A stretch of DNA of 63,929 bases, the filler included, from Octopus bimaculoides (taxonomy: Eukaryota), in the NCBI RefSeq assembly GCF_001194135.2. It is 5 parts of 5 records of this genome, joined end to end, with 100 filler letters (N's around TTAATTAATTAA, not from the genome) between each part and the next. Parts side by side here need not be neighbours in the genome. Positions count along the whole stretch, not along the records: positions 1 to 21,554 come from NC_069007.1; 4 more parts are not named here. One strand, given 5' to 3'. A model generated the notes under the pieces. It was not told the origin of the DNA, made no database searches, and saw only the letters and a program-made list of their open reading frames with translations. Of the stretch, positions 1-11,545 are shown in pieces; position 1 is the first letter of the stretch, and every line of letters starts with the position of its first letter. Made by a program: the position numbers and the translations under genes.

Positions 1-849
1 TGTGTGTGTGTGTGTGTGTGTGTATGTTTGTGTGTCTGTGTTTGTCCCCCCAACATCGCTTGACAACTGATACTGGTGTGTTTACATCCCCGTAACTTAG
101 CGGTTCGGCAAAAGAGACCAACAGAATAAGTACTAGGCTTACAAGGAATAAGTCCTGGGGTCGATTTGCTCGACTAAAAGGCAGTGCTCCAGCATGGCCG
201 CAGTCAAATGACTAAAACAAGTAAAAGAAAGAAGATAAAAGAGTTATAAAGAGAAAAGAGTATGTCGGAATGTTGGGGGTAGTCACCATTATCATCCTTT
301 AAATTCCAGACCTGCCCTCCACAGTAGAAGCGTTAAGGCTGCATCTCCTGGTGAAAAGGATTGGTCTGCAAGAATCCTGTGCTGGTGCCATGTAAAAAGC
401 AGTCATGCTGGTAGCACGTTATATGACCCCCCCCCCCCCAGCACACTGTAAAGTGGTTGACATTAGGAAGAGCACCCAGCTTTACAAACCAAACTAAATC
501 AGACTGGAACCTGGTACAGCTTCCCAACTCTGGTCAAATCATCCAACCCATGCCAGCATGGAAAACAGACGTTAAAAGATGATGATGATAATGGTATGAG
601 TTGGGCAGTTTGACAGGATCCAATAGGTCCAAGAACCTCATTGTTGTCTAGTGTTTGTGTGGCATGGTTTTTACAGCTGGAGGCCCTTCCTAACACCAGT
701 CACTTTACTGAGTCTACTGGGTGCTTTTTATGGGGCACCTGCACTAGTGAGGTCACTGTGTAGCTTGCAAGACCCGTTTGATTACTATTTTATTCTGATG
801 GAGACCCATTGCCATTTGATGTCATAATAATAATATTCAACTTATTGAA

Positions 850-1260
850 TACAGTGCTTTGGTGCTCTACAACTTATCAGAAAAAATAACCAAAACCACA
901 GGAACAGTACATAGAATACGTACAGGAAGTGAACTGTGAATAAGTCTTCAAGAAAAAAAAAAACGCTTAGTGGCGGGGGCATCAGGGGTACTACTGTTGG
1001 TGAATTTCAGGAAATATGGAAGATTTGAAGAATCTGGTGTCCCAACAGCTAACTACTGATGCAGGTAGGTTTATTCCATACTTCAGCAATTCAGAGCCTG
1101 AAAAATTGCTTCCGAAAGTCATGGGCGCTCTAGTTTTATATAGATACTTCTTTTAAAATTCCCATTTTGCTTTTCACACAGTCACTCGTATAGGTTTGCA
1201 ACAGCTGTCTCTGAGAGAACAGGTTTCAGGGGCTGGAAACATGTTTAATTATGTAAAATC
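850..1260 (-). mobile_element. CR1/L2-group LINE 3' fragment
   Basis: The minus strand of about 1000-1125 reads HDFRKQFFRL*IAEVWNK/LPASVVSCWDTRFFKSS, the FF..RV...WN.LP..VV C-terminal motif. A second decayed piece lies at 2085-2405. Confidence 0.65.
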
Positions 1261-1299
1261 CTATTGAGGCAATTGAAATCGACATCAAATCAAATTCGA

Positions 1300-1750
1300 T
1301 GACTGGTACCCGTGCCAGTGGAGCGCTAACAGCACCATCCGAGTGTGATCATTGCCAGAGCAGCTGTCTGGGTTCTGTGCCAGTGGCACATAAAAAGCAC
1401 CATTTGAGCGTGACCGTTACCAGTGTCACCTCACTGGCACTTGTGCTGGTGGCATGTGAAAAGACATTCGAGTGAGGTCATTGCCAGTGCCGCTGGACTG
1501 GCTCCTGTACAGGTGGCATGTAAAAGACACCATTTTGAGCGTGGCCGTTGCCAGTACTGCCTGACTGGCCCCTATGCAGGTGGCACATAAAAGCACCCAC
1601 TACACTCTTGGAGTGATTGGCTTTAAGAAGGGCATCCAGCTGTAGAAACTCTACCAGATCAGATTGGAGCCTGGTGCAGCCATCTGGTTTGGCAGTCCTC
1701 AGTCAAATTGTCTAACCCATGCCAGCAGACGTTAAACGATGATGATGATT
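1300..1750 (+). mobile_element. SINE-like family C (GGAAGGGCATCCAGC core, (GAT)n tail) with tandem GCCAGTGGCAC..AAAAGCACC units
   Basis: The motif recurs at 375-590, 650-745(-), 5530-5785, 13900-14100, 16320-16590 and 20630-20900. Confidence 0.75.
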
Positions 1751-2124
1751 ACAGAAAGAAACTTGGCTGTTTCTTCAATTAACACTTCTAAACTAAACTT
1801 TTTTCATCGGCCCTTAAATTATTACTGTGGATCCCTAATTTACCATTTTGCTTGTGTGAACTCCAAAAAAGTCTTATATGGACCCTGACTGAGAACCAAT
1901 GCTGTAGAGGAAGGACATAACTTATATTTTAGAAGAGATGATGGTGTATGTGTGTGGTGGTGGTGGTGATGGGGAGTTGGAAAGTGATATAATTGGTGTG
2001 AGGGTGGACCGTCAAGTTGGAATGGATGGATCGGGGTACCAAGAGTGTGTGTGTGTAGGAGATAGTACAGGGCAACAGAATAAAAATGATGTTGATGAAT
2101 TTCAGAAAGCATGGAATTTTTTAA

Positions 2125-2342
2125 CCCTTCAGCATTCAAATTACTCTGTCAAATGTAATTCTTATTTATTCATTGATTTGAATTAATCATGCTTTATCTT
2201 GTAGCTTTAAGATTTCAATGGTGTGTTTGTATATTTTTAGAATGACATTGTAGAGTAGGTGTGAGAGGCTGGATCTGGTTAGTTTGAACATAAAACAGGT
2301 AAAATATTTGGGCCAGATATGCCCAGATTAAATCCTAAAGAG
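2125..2342. mobile_element. piggyBac-type MITE, family 1 (CCCTTCAGCATT termini, TTAA target)
   Basis: TTAA|CCCTTCAGCATT...AAATCCTAAAGAG|TCAA. A second, 5'-truncated copy at about 9845-10004 ends AATGCTGAAGGG|TTAA. Confidence 0.7.
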
Positions 2343-2516
2343 TCAAGGGATACAGTGTCCTGACAACTAACGACTAATAGGGGTGGTTTATTGTATATTT
2401 CAACAATTCCTTGGCTGAAAGAATAAGGAATCTTCATTTTGATGCTTGCTTGTTCTTCATATAGTCTTGTAGTTTCCCTGCTTTAAATGGTTGATTTTTC
2501 TTTTCCATCTTATTAG

Positions 2517-3471
2517 GATGCTGGTGGCTTTGCTTCATATCAAATGTCAAAACTTCTGAAGCAGAACAAAATCACAAACCAAATTGAGAAAGTTCAAGAT
2601 GAGATAATTGCCAGAAAGTCTGGGAAAATCTCTACTGAATCTGGCATCATTGACCAAGTTGTTAATATCCAGAAGATTGCTTCAGAAGACAGCTCTCATT
2701 TTATATTTGTGAAAGGTCTGCAGAAAGACACTGCGCTTGAGGTTATAGAGAAGGAAAAGAGAAAAGAAGAGATGAAGGGTAGCGAGGACTCAGATGAAGA
2801 ATCAACAAAGCCAGCACCATCTTATAAATGTCCTGATTCTGTAAATACCAGTGGTAATCTGTGGGTTGAAGAGATGAAATATGGTGTCAAAAAGAAACCA
2901 TGTGAAGAGCTGCCAAACATTAAACAGGAAAAGGATTTTCTGAGCTCAAAAGTGAAATTGCAAGTGGACAGTGATAGCACTTGTAGTTCACAAAATATTT
3001 TCAATGTTGATAAAAATATTTTGTTTAATTGGGCCAAATTAGCAGAATCAGGGAATCACAGTGCTGACCAAACATCTCTTGGAGAGCCAGAAAATAATAG
3101 CAGTAAAACACTTGAAACAAAGGTTTCTTTGTCAGATTCTGAGAGTGGAGAATCAGAAGAGGATTCCGTTCCACCAAAAACTGTTTTAAACCAAATCACG
3201 CTAAAGAAGGAAGTATCAGGTGTGATGACAACAGAAAATAAACCAGTTGTTGTCAGTGGATTAAAAGAGTCTTTTATTTCTGAGAAACATGGTGCCAGCC
3301 TGGACAACAGTTCATTGTTGTCTAAAGGTGTGACTGTAGATGATGCAGCTAAGATAGATGTGACTGTAAAAGATGTTATTACTGATGATGAATCCAAAAA
3401 ACATGTGACTGTTCCAGATGAAGAGTCTGAAGAGAAGAAAATACAATCAGACTCTGGCGAGAGCGAAGATG
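2517..3471 (+). CDS. ERCC5: XPG/ERCC5 internal exon (start of spacer region), phase 0 to phase 1
   Basis: Acceptor ...ccatcttattag|GAT at 2516/2517 and donor G|gtgagt at 3471/3472. Translation DAGGFASYQMSKLLKQNKITNQIEKVQDE...IASEDSSHFIFVKGLQ matches human XPG [27 protein letters not shown]...VVSEDTSHYILIKGIQ. It ends ESEDG, like human ESESDG. Confidence 0.9.
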
Positions 3472-4659
3472 GTGAGTTACATTTTATTAAGATTTATGTT
3501 GATATCTTACTGTGAAGTTTGAAAATCTCTAGGGCTTCTGTGTGTCATGTGACATCATGGAGATTTGCAACTGGAAAGAGCCTGTAGGTCTTTGATAAGA
3601 TTAAGAAGCTTGCTTCCCAACCACCCATTGTATGGCACTTTGGCAAGTGTCTTCTGGTATAGTCCCAGGCTGACCAAAGCCTTCTCAGTGGATTTGGTAG
3701 ATGGAAACTAGAAGAAGCTTGTTGAGCGTGTGTGCATGTATGCATATATACATATATATGTGTGTGTTTGTGTATATATATATATATATCGTTAAAGTTT
3801 TTTTAAAATCAAAACTTTGTATATATATATAAAGTTTAACCTTTTATTCTTAATAATTTTTTCTTTCCTAATTTTTTCATTCCTAATTTTTTCCATTCAT
3901 AATTTTTTCATTCATATTTTTTATTATTACGTTTGTAGAAATAAATAATCTTGTATTTTTCTATTATTCAATTGATCTTTAATCATAATTAAATAAACGT
4001 CTTTAGCTTTAAATAGTATAGCTTTAACTATTACACCGGTTAAATATGTACTAATTTTNNNNNNNNNNNNNNNNNNNNNNNNNNNNNNNNNNNNNNNNNN
4101 NNNNNNNNNNNNNNNNNNNNNNNNNNNNNNNNNNNNNNNNNNNNNNNNNNNNNNNNNNNNNNNNNNNNNNNNNNNNNNNNNNNNNNNNNNNNNNNNNNNN
4201 NNNNNNNNNNNNNNNNNNNNNNNNNNNNNNNNNNNNNNNNNNNNNNNNNNNNNNNNNNNNNNNNNNNNNNNNNNNNNNNNNNNNNNNNNNNNNNNNNNNN
4301 NNNNNNNNNNNNNNNNNNNNNNNNNNNNNNNNNNNNNNNNNNNNNNNNNNNNNNNNNNNNNNNNNNNNNNNNNNNNNNNNNNNNNNNNNNNNNNNNNNNN
4401 NNNNNNNNNNNNNNNNNNNNNNNNNNNNNNNNNNNNNNNNNNNNNNNNNNNNNNNNNNNNNNNNNNNNNNNNNNNNNNNNNNNNNNNNNNNNNNNNNNNN
4501 NNNNNNNNNNNNNNNNNNNTTCTTGAAAATTGGTTATTTTCCCTAAAACTATATATATTTTATATATATATAAGGCTCAATTTAATTTTAATTTTTTATA
4601 AATTGATTTTAATTGAGTTTTTTACCTGTAATTTTGGATTTTGTCCCTAATAATATTAT

Positions 4660-4693
<34 letters not shown>

Positions 4694-5092
4694 ATCTATT
4701 AGAAAAAATAATAAGGTACTCAGATATCTGGATGGTTCTACATTTGCAGATTTTTATTAATATGTCACATGTTTTTATAAATTAGCGCTTGCATCTATTC
4801 TTGTGGATTCTCCAAATCTACAAGAATAGATGCAAGTGCTAATTTATAAAAATCTGTAAATGTTCAACCATCCAGATAACTGGTACTTATTTAATCAACC
4901 CCGAAAGGATGAAAGGCAAAGTCTTTCTCTGGGCTGCTCCTCGATTAACCCTGAAAAGATAAAAGGCGATGTTGTTCATGGTGGGATTTGAACCTGGACC
5001 TTGAAGTATCACAGTAAATACTCCAATGCTTTAATAATTCTGCCAATTTACCCCACAACTACTACAGTTTCAACGTGGTTTTAACCTGTTGT

Positions 5093-5330
5093 TGGAGGTG
5101 CATGGCTCAGTGATTAAGGTGTTGGACTCATGATCATAAGATTGAGGTTTCAATTCCTGTACTGGACGATATGTTGTTTTCTTGAGCAAAACACTTCATT
5201 TCACGTTGCTCCTGTCCACTCAGCTGGGAAAAATGAGTTAATCCTCTGAGGGACCAGACTCCCATCCAGAAAGGAAGATAGGCATCAGAGAAAGCAGGGA
5301 TCTGGCCTTACGTCCCTTATGGAGTAAGGT
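5093..5330 (+). mobile_element. tRNA-derived SINE family D (GGAGGTGCATGGCTCAGTG...TTCTTGAGCAAAACACTTCATTTCACGTTGC)
   Basis: tRNA-like head. An inverted copy lies at about 39545-39730. Confidence 0.7.
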
Positions 5331-5872
5331 GGATTAACCCTTAAGCCCTTGTAATACCAACCCACCTGAAACTGCCTCTGGTTCTTTCATTCAAGCTCCT
5401 TGGTTTAAAAAATAAATCTAAATTAACCCTCCCAGACCTGGGCCCTTGTGTCTAACTTTATCCTCCACCTGGGTCCCTAAGCAAATACAAATAAATGGTT
5501 GCATAGACAGCTGAAGAGTAACTATTACAAGCAAACCAAAGGCACATGTGCCAGTGACGCATAGAGGGCACCTGTGCCAGTGACACGTAAAAAGAACCTG
5601 TGTCGGCGACATGTAATAAACATCCAGTTCTCTCGGTAAAGGGGTTGAGATTAGGAAGAGCATCCAGCTGTAGAAACCATGCCAAATCAGACAGGAGCGT
5701 GGTACAGCTCTCCAGCTTAGCAGCTCAAGTCAAACCATTCAACCCATGCCAGCATGGAAAGCAGACACTAAATGATGATGATGAAATGTATATTTCAACA
5801 AAATGTTGTAAGAGAAGGGTTAATATTTGTTGTTTTTTTGTTATTGTTTTACAGTCTGTATTATTATTATTA

Positions 5873-5916
<44 letters not shown>

Positions 5917-5919
<3 letters not shown>

Positions 5920-6300
5920 TAGTTTTATTTTAATAATGTGCTTTCACTTCACTACCGAGCGCAACTCTGTGTGCCTTGGGTATGTGCTGTGGTTTGCTGT
6001 GGTGCTTTTATGTTTACTGTATTGAAAGTGTTTTGCGTAGGATGTGTGCAGTGCCCAGTAGTGCAATTTTCTGTATGTTATATATATCTGTAAGTCCTGG
6101 TGTTTTTGTTATGTATTTGTCTGAATATTTTTTTATTATACCTAAGGCACCTACTATGATAGGAATTGTTTCTGTTTTTAGATTCCACATTCGAGTTACC
6201 TCTATTTCCAGGTCTTTGTATTTTGAAAGTTTCTCCATTTCTTTTAGGGAAACGTTGTCATCTGCTGGTATTGATACATCAATTAGAAAGCATTTTTTTT
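5917..6300 (-). mobile_element. 5'-truncated RLE-type non-LTR retrotransposon (R4/Dong-like) in (TAA)n
   Basis: KCFLIDVSIPADDNVSLKEMEKLSKYKDLEIEVTRMWNLKTETIPIIVGALG...KIALLGTAHILRKTLS* is the restriction-like endonuclease C-terminus. (TAA)n flanks both sides. Confidence 0.85.
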
Positions 6301-7758
6301 CTTTTTTTTTTCATTATTATTATTATTATTATTATTATTTGTTGTTATTATCTCTAGAGGACATCTTTCATGTTAATTCTCTCTGTTTTCTCTTTTCTTT
6401 CCACTTTCACCATCACTCCTACTCCACCTCCCTCACCATAACAACCATTACTGTGCATACACCTCCACCGCTAACAACAACACTGTGGCTGCACTACTAC
6501 CTTCACCAATACTGCTTCCAACCTTACAATCACCTCTAACGCTGTTGTTATTGATACTACAACCAATACTGACATCACCATCACACCTCAACCAACACCA
6601 CCAATGCCACTCCTCTGAACACAATAACCACTGCCACCACCACCACCACCACCTCTACCATCAACACCACCTCCCCTCCATCATCATCACCACCACCACC
6701 ACCATTCCTCTGTTATCACCATCAACATTACAACCATCAACATCACCACCACCCTCTCCATCATCATCATGGCCACCATCAACACCACTACTCTTCCAAT
6801 ATCACCATGACAACCACCACCANNNNNNNNNNNNNNNNNNNNNNNNNNNNNNNNNNNNNNNNNNNNNNNNNNNNNNNNNNNNNNNNNNNNNNNNNNNNNN
6901 NNNNNNNNNNNNNNNNNNNNNNNNNNNNNNNNNNNNNNNNNNNNNNNNNNNNNNNNNNNNNNNNNNNNNNNNNNNNNNNNNNNNNNNNNNNNNNNNNNNN
7001 NNNNNNNNNNNNNNNNNNNNNNNNNNNNNNNNNNNNNNNNNNNNNNNNNNNNNNNNNNNNNNNNNNNNNNNNNNNNNNNNNNNNNNNNNNNNNNNNNNNN
7101 NNNNNNNNNNNNNNNNNNNNNNNNNNNNNNNNNNNNNNNNNNNNNNNNNNNNNNNNNNNNNNNNNNNNNNNNNNNNNNNNNNNNNNNNNNNNNNNNNNNN
7201 NNNNNNNNNNNNNNNNNNNNNNNNNNNNNNNNNNNNNNNNNNNNNNNNNNNNNNNNNNNNNNNNNNNNNNNNNNNNNNNNNNNNNNNNNNNNNNNNNNNN
7301 NNNNNNNNNNNNNNNNNNNNNNNNNNNNNNNNNNNNNNNNNNNNNNNNNNNNNNNNNNNNNNNNNNNNNNNNNNNNNNNNNNNNNNNNNNNNNNNNNNNN
7401 NNNNNNNNNNNNNNNNNNNNNNNNNNNNNNNNNNNNNNNNNNNNNNNNNNNNNNNNNNNNNNNNNNNNNNNNNNNNNNNNNNNNNNNNNNNNNNNNNNNN
7501 NNNNNNNNNNNNNNNNNNNNNNNNNNNNNNNNNNNNNNNNNNNNNNNNNNNNNNNNNNNNNNNNNNNNNNNNNNNNTAGTAAAACAACTTAGTTATCATT
7601 AAGCTAGTGTTAGGAACATAAATTGTGACTAAGGTTTGGTGGAAGATTTTAATTCAAAACTTTTGAAAACAAGACATTTTGTACTACAGAGCCAGAGGCT
7701 GTTTCAGCTGGGTTGGTATCAAAAGGGTTAAGAATTGTTTCTCTATTATATATTTTAA

Positions 7759-7966
7759 CCCTTCTGTTACCATATTTCTGTTGAGATGTTCTGTGTTTCT
7801 TTCAATTAATTTTAAATAAAACAAAGAATTTAGTAAAACAACTTAGTTATCATTAAGCTAGTCTTAGGAACATAAATTGTGACTAAGGTTTGGTGGAAGA
7901 TTTCTATTCAGAACTTTTGGAAACAAACATTTGTACTACAGAGTCAGCCGGATTGTATCAAAAGGG
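7759..7966. mobile_element. piggyBac-type MITE, family 2
   Basis: TTAA|CCCTTCTGTTAC...GTATCAAAAGGG|TTAA. An adjacent tandem copy (about 7576-7727) runs into the gap, and a related end lies at about 5337-5400. Confidence 0.75.
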
Positions 7967-8128
7967 TTAAGATGTTTATGTTTAAAAAGTACGAGGCTAG
8001 ATCTAGCTTAGATGAAAGTAAGCAGAAGAGAAAACATGGACAGTGAGTCGTGGGAGAGGATGAGAGAGTGGATGCATTTTTTAAGGGTGTGAGGAAGGAG
8101 TAAGCAGGTGTCAACCAGTGTCAAACTT

Positions 8129-8280
8129 TACAAGGGGGTGCTGAAAAGTTCCTGGCTTTAAGGGCATTGTGAAAGGCCTGGCTGGAGGCCCAACCTTCCA
8201 AGTTCTTTTACAGGGCTTGGAAAAATCAAAGGACCACTGCAATAAGTGTGTGAATCTGAGAGATGAATATTTATAATACA
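8129..8280 (+). mobile_element. mariner-derived fragment
   Basis: TA|CAAGGGGGTGCTGAAAAGTTCC TIR-like start, followed by a decayed ..KDHCNKCVNLRDEY C-terminus. Confidence 0.5.
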
Positions 8281-9399
8281 TTAAAAGTCAGCTTGAATCT
8301 TACTTGCTTGCTTGCAATGTTACCCAGTCAGACTGGCGCATAATAGGAAAATACTATGGATTAAATTGTCCCTGGAATGTTAATATGAACAGAATAAGAC
8401 AAGTTCTATGTAATTCGGACAAGTGGTTTTTGAGATATTGGGGTTTTTGGGGTATAAATACCCAAAACAGTGCATAATGGGAAAATATTCCGAAAATAAT
8501 CTTAACCCTGAAAGGGAAGAAACTCTTACCTTTCGATTAGACACAGTGACTTGACAACGTAAAAATACAATTTGTTTTTTACAGTAGCTGTTTCTATTTT
8601 CGCTTTTGTTAAACACAGGATTTTAATCATTTAGAAATATTTTTAAGTGAATGTAATTTCAAAAATGTAAGTTGTTTGTACAGTAAGTATTTATATTTTA
8701 GCTTTCTTTAAACAGACAATATTTTAATGTTTTTTAAAATTATTTTCAAGTGAATACCATTACAAAAATTTTTTCTTGCCTATTTAAAAAATATTTTAAA
8801 GTGAAAATGATTTTAAAAATACGGTGAATATTTCGTAAAAGACCTGTTCATAACCTCGGTGTGAAATAATTTTCTTCCTTAGGTTTTTTTGAGTGCATTC
8901 AACGTATCTCACTTCCAAAGATTTGACTACTATTTCTAGCATGCCCTGCTACCATGTAACAGCTATTTGCAATAAAGGACCCGAAATACCTGTTATGTAG
9001 TAGCAAGGCATGCAAGAAATAGCAGCCAACTCTTTCCTTTTCTGGGGAAAGGAGTCATTTACACATGATTTCAATGTTGCAATTATTGATAGCATGCAGA
9101 ATAACCTGGAAAAGAAAAAATCCTACGAAACAAGACTCCGTTGCTAGGGAACTCAGACTTTCCCGGTGACCCAACAGGTCACGGATAGTCTAGAATTGAA
9201 TAAAATAATAATTAACTGATCCTCCTGTATCTTCTTTTATCCAAAACCAGAATGGATAAATCCTTTTAATTTATTCAATTCTAAAATGTTCTAATCTAAT
9301 TCTGTTGTTCGTTAGGGCACATGTTTTTTGTAAGTTGTTATTTGGTGTTTACATTTTGTATTTGTTGTGTTTCTTTGACCACCGGTCACTTATTTATAG

Positions 9400-9519
9400 G
9401 AAACTATGTCCACTATGAAATCAGAACTGGAAGCTGAGAGTGATGTGTTACTACAAGAACGAGGAAAACAGGAGAGATTAGCCATGACCATTTCTGACCA
9501 GATGCGCCTGGAAGCTCAG
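9400..9519 (+). CDS. ERCC5: XPG exon, 120 nt: ETMSTMKSELEAESDVLLQERGKQERLAMTISDQMRLEAQ
   Basis: tatttatag|GAA ... CAG|gtatgt. Homologous to human EELETLESNLL...[20 protein letters not shown]. This exon is not in the ORF track. Confidence 0.93.
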
Positions 9520-9733
9520 GTATGTATATATATTTATATACACAACCCCCACCTATTATATTATCTGTGTGTGTATATATAATTAATTAATAATATCAGG
9601 GTAAGAAAAAGTTTTAGTAATTTTTAATACCAGTGGCGTAGTGTGTAGAAAAATTAGTCAATAGACTATTGGCTATTCCTTCTAGCATACCAGGTATCTT
9701 ATGATTGATACCTCTTATGTGTTTAAATGTACA

Positions 9734-9787
<54 letters not shown>

Positions 9788-10338
9788 GTGTGTATGTACG
9801 TATTTATGTATGTATATATATATCTTTTATTTTTTACTTGTTTCAATTTATCATTCATTATCTTGTAACTGAGATTTCAATGATGTAAGTGTTTACTTTT
9901 AGCATGACATTGTAGGGTAGGTGTGAGAGGTTGGATATGGCCAGTTTGAACATAAAGCTGGTAGAATATTTGGGCCGGGAACGGACAGTTTAAATGCTGA
10001 AGGGTTAAATGCAACCAATGATGAAAGTGTTTGGTGTCAAACAAGGAGCCAGATTGACACAAAGCACGACGGGCCATGATCATGGCTGTCGGGCATAGGT
10101 TGACAGGCCACGATCATAGCCCAGGTAGATGCATTTAATTTATGAGCGTTTGTTGAAATGTCTGCCAAGAGATAGTTCAACTAATGACTTTTCAGATGAT
10201 GTAAAACTTGCCACCATTATATACTAAGAAGATATTTTAATTATTTTTTGTTTATTACGTGTGCATGGAAGCCTCATTTTCATAAAATGTGCTCAGCAGT
10301 CCATGCTGTGTAAGTGCAAATCCCAGCACTTTATGTTG

Positions 10339-10520
10339 GGTTTGAGAGGCAAACATTATTCCAGTGATGAGGAAGTGAAAACTGTAGTGAAGAAGTGGCT
10401 CAAAGAACAGTTAACAGAATGTTACGGGGCAGGGATACATGCTCTCATTCGAAGGTGGAACATTTCTATTGAGAGAAAAGGTGACTATGTTGAGAAGTAG
10501 GGATGTGATCCGCAGAGGAC
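10339..10520 (+). mobile_element. mariner transposase 3' fragment (GLRGKHYSSDEEVKTVVKKWLKEQ...RRWNISIERKGDYVEK*)
   Basis: Near-identical to the arms of the element at 10978-11545, with the typical mariner C-terminal GDYVEK*. Confidence 0.85.
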
Positions 10521-10587
10521 CTCAAAAGCAGTTAAAACAACGATGTTTGTATTAACGAATTTGTTAATGTGTTGTGTATGTTGACAG

Positions 10588-10801
10588 GAACTGCTGCTGT
10601 TGTTTGGTGTGCCATTCCTTGTGTCTCCAATGGAAGCCGAGGCGCAGTGTGCTTACCTGGACATCACCAAACAGACAGATGGTTCCATCACAGAAGATAG
10701 CGATGTGTGGTTATTTGGTGGACAGAGGGTTTACAGGAATTTCTTCAACCAAAATAAACAGGTGGAGCTATTCACGATGACTGATGTGAAGAATGTGTTG
10801 G
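10588..10801 (+). CDS. ERCC5: XPG I-region catalytic exon, 214 nt (PMEAEAQCA...[22 protein letters not shown])
   Basis: ttgacag|GAA ... G|gtaaga. The FEN1/XPG acidic metal ligands (EAE, DSD) are present, and the VYRNFF motif is XPG-specific. Confidence 0.97.
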
Positions 10802-10977
10802 GTAAGAATTAATGAAGAAGCATCTTCATTTGGGATTCCCCACCCTTTCCTTTTCTTTACCTTCATCGTTTTTCCTCTTCTATATCCTTTTTCTTACTCC
10901 TCATTTTTTTCTTCTTTCTTTTCCCCAATCTTCCTTTTTGCATTTTCTTTTCCTCCACCCACTCCAACTTTTAATTA

Positions 10978-11545
10978 CGAGGGTGAGTCAAAAAGTAATG
11001 CCATTTTGTTTAGGACAGGTATAATTACCAACACAGGAACATGTATCATAAATCAAAATGAAGCTGGTCCTCTGTGGATCACATCCCTACTTCTCAACAT
11101 AGTCGCCGTTTCTCTCAATAGCAAAGTTCTACCTTCGAATGAGAGCATGTATCCCCGCCCCGTAAAATTCTGTTGACTGTTCTTTGAGTCACTTCTTCAC
11201 TACAGTTTTCACTTCCTCGTCACTGGAATAATTTAGCGCCTTCAGACTATCATCTCTTCGGCCCCATGAAAGAGAGTTTGAGAGGCAAACATTATTCCAG
11301 TGACGAGGAAGTGAAAACTGTAGTGAAGAAGTGGCTCAAAGAACAGTCATCAGAATTTTACGGGGCAGGGATACATGCTGTCATTGGAAGGTGGAACATT
11401 GCTATTGAGAGAAACGGTGACTATGTTGAGAAGTAGGGATGTGATCGACAGAAGACCAGCTTCATTTTGATGTATAATACATATTCCTGTGTTGGTAATT
11501 ATACCTGTCCTAAACAAAATGGTATTACTTTTTGACTCACCCTCA
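10978..11545. mobile_element. mariner-derived fold-back element: 255-bp inverted arms, 58-bp spacer, TA TSD
   Basis: TA|CGAGGGTGAGTCAAAAAG...CTTTTTGACTCACCCTCA|TA. The arms are 10978-11232 and 11291-11545. The spacer plus right arm encodes LAPSDYHLFGPMKESLRGKHYSSDEE...GDYVEK*. Confidence 0.9.

Noticed and set aside
1010-1066. Exon-like AG...GTAGGT segment (NMEDLKNLVSQQLTTDA)
   Set aside because: It is the antisense of a CR1/L2 3' fragment and has no XPG similarity.
1300-1620. Repeat-spacer-like pattern (also 14440-15075)
   Set aside because: The units are degenerate and irregularly spaced, the context is eukaryotic, and there are no cas genes; this is not CRISPR.
1938-2186. 82-aa ORF upstream of the XPG exon
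   Set aside because: It is built from GT-rich SSR, a LINE relic and a MITE.
2544-3515. 323-aa stand-alone ORF
   Set aside because: It is an internal XPG exon. Homology extends upstream of the ATG to the acceptor at 2517, and a consensus donor lies at 3472.
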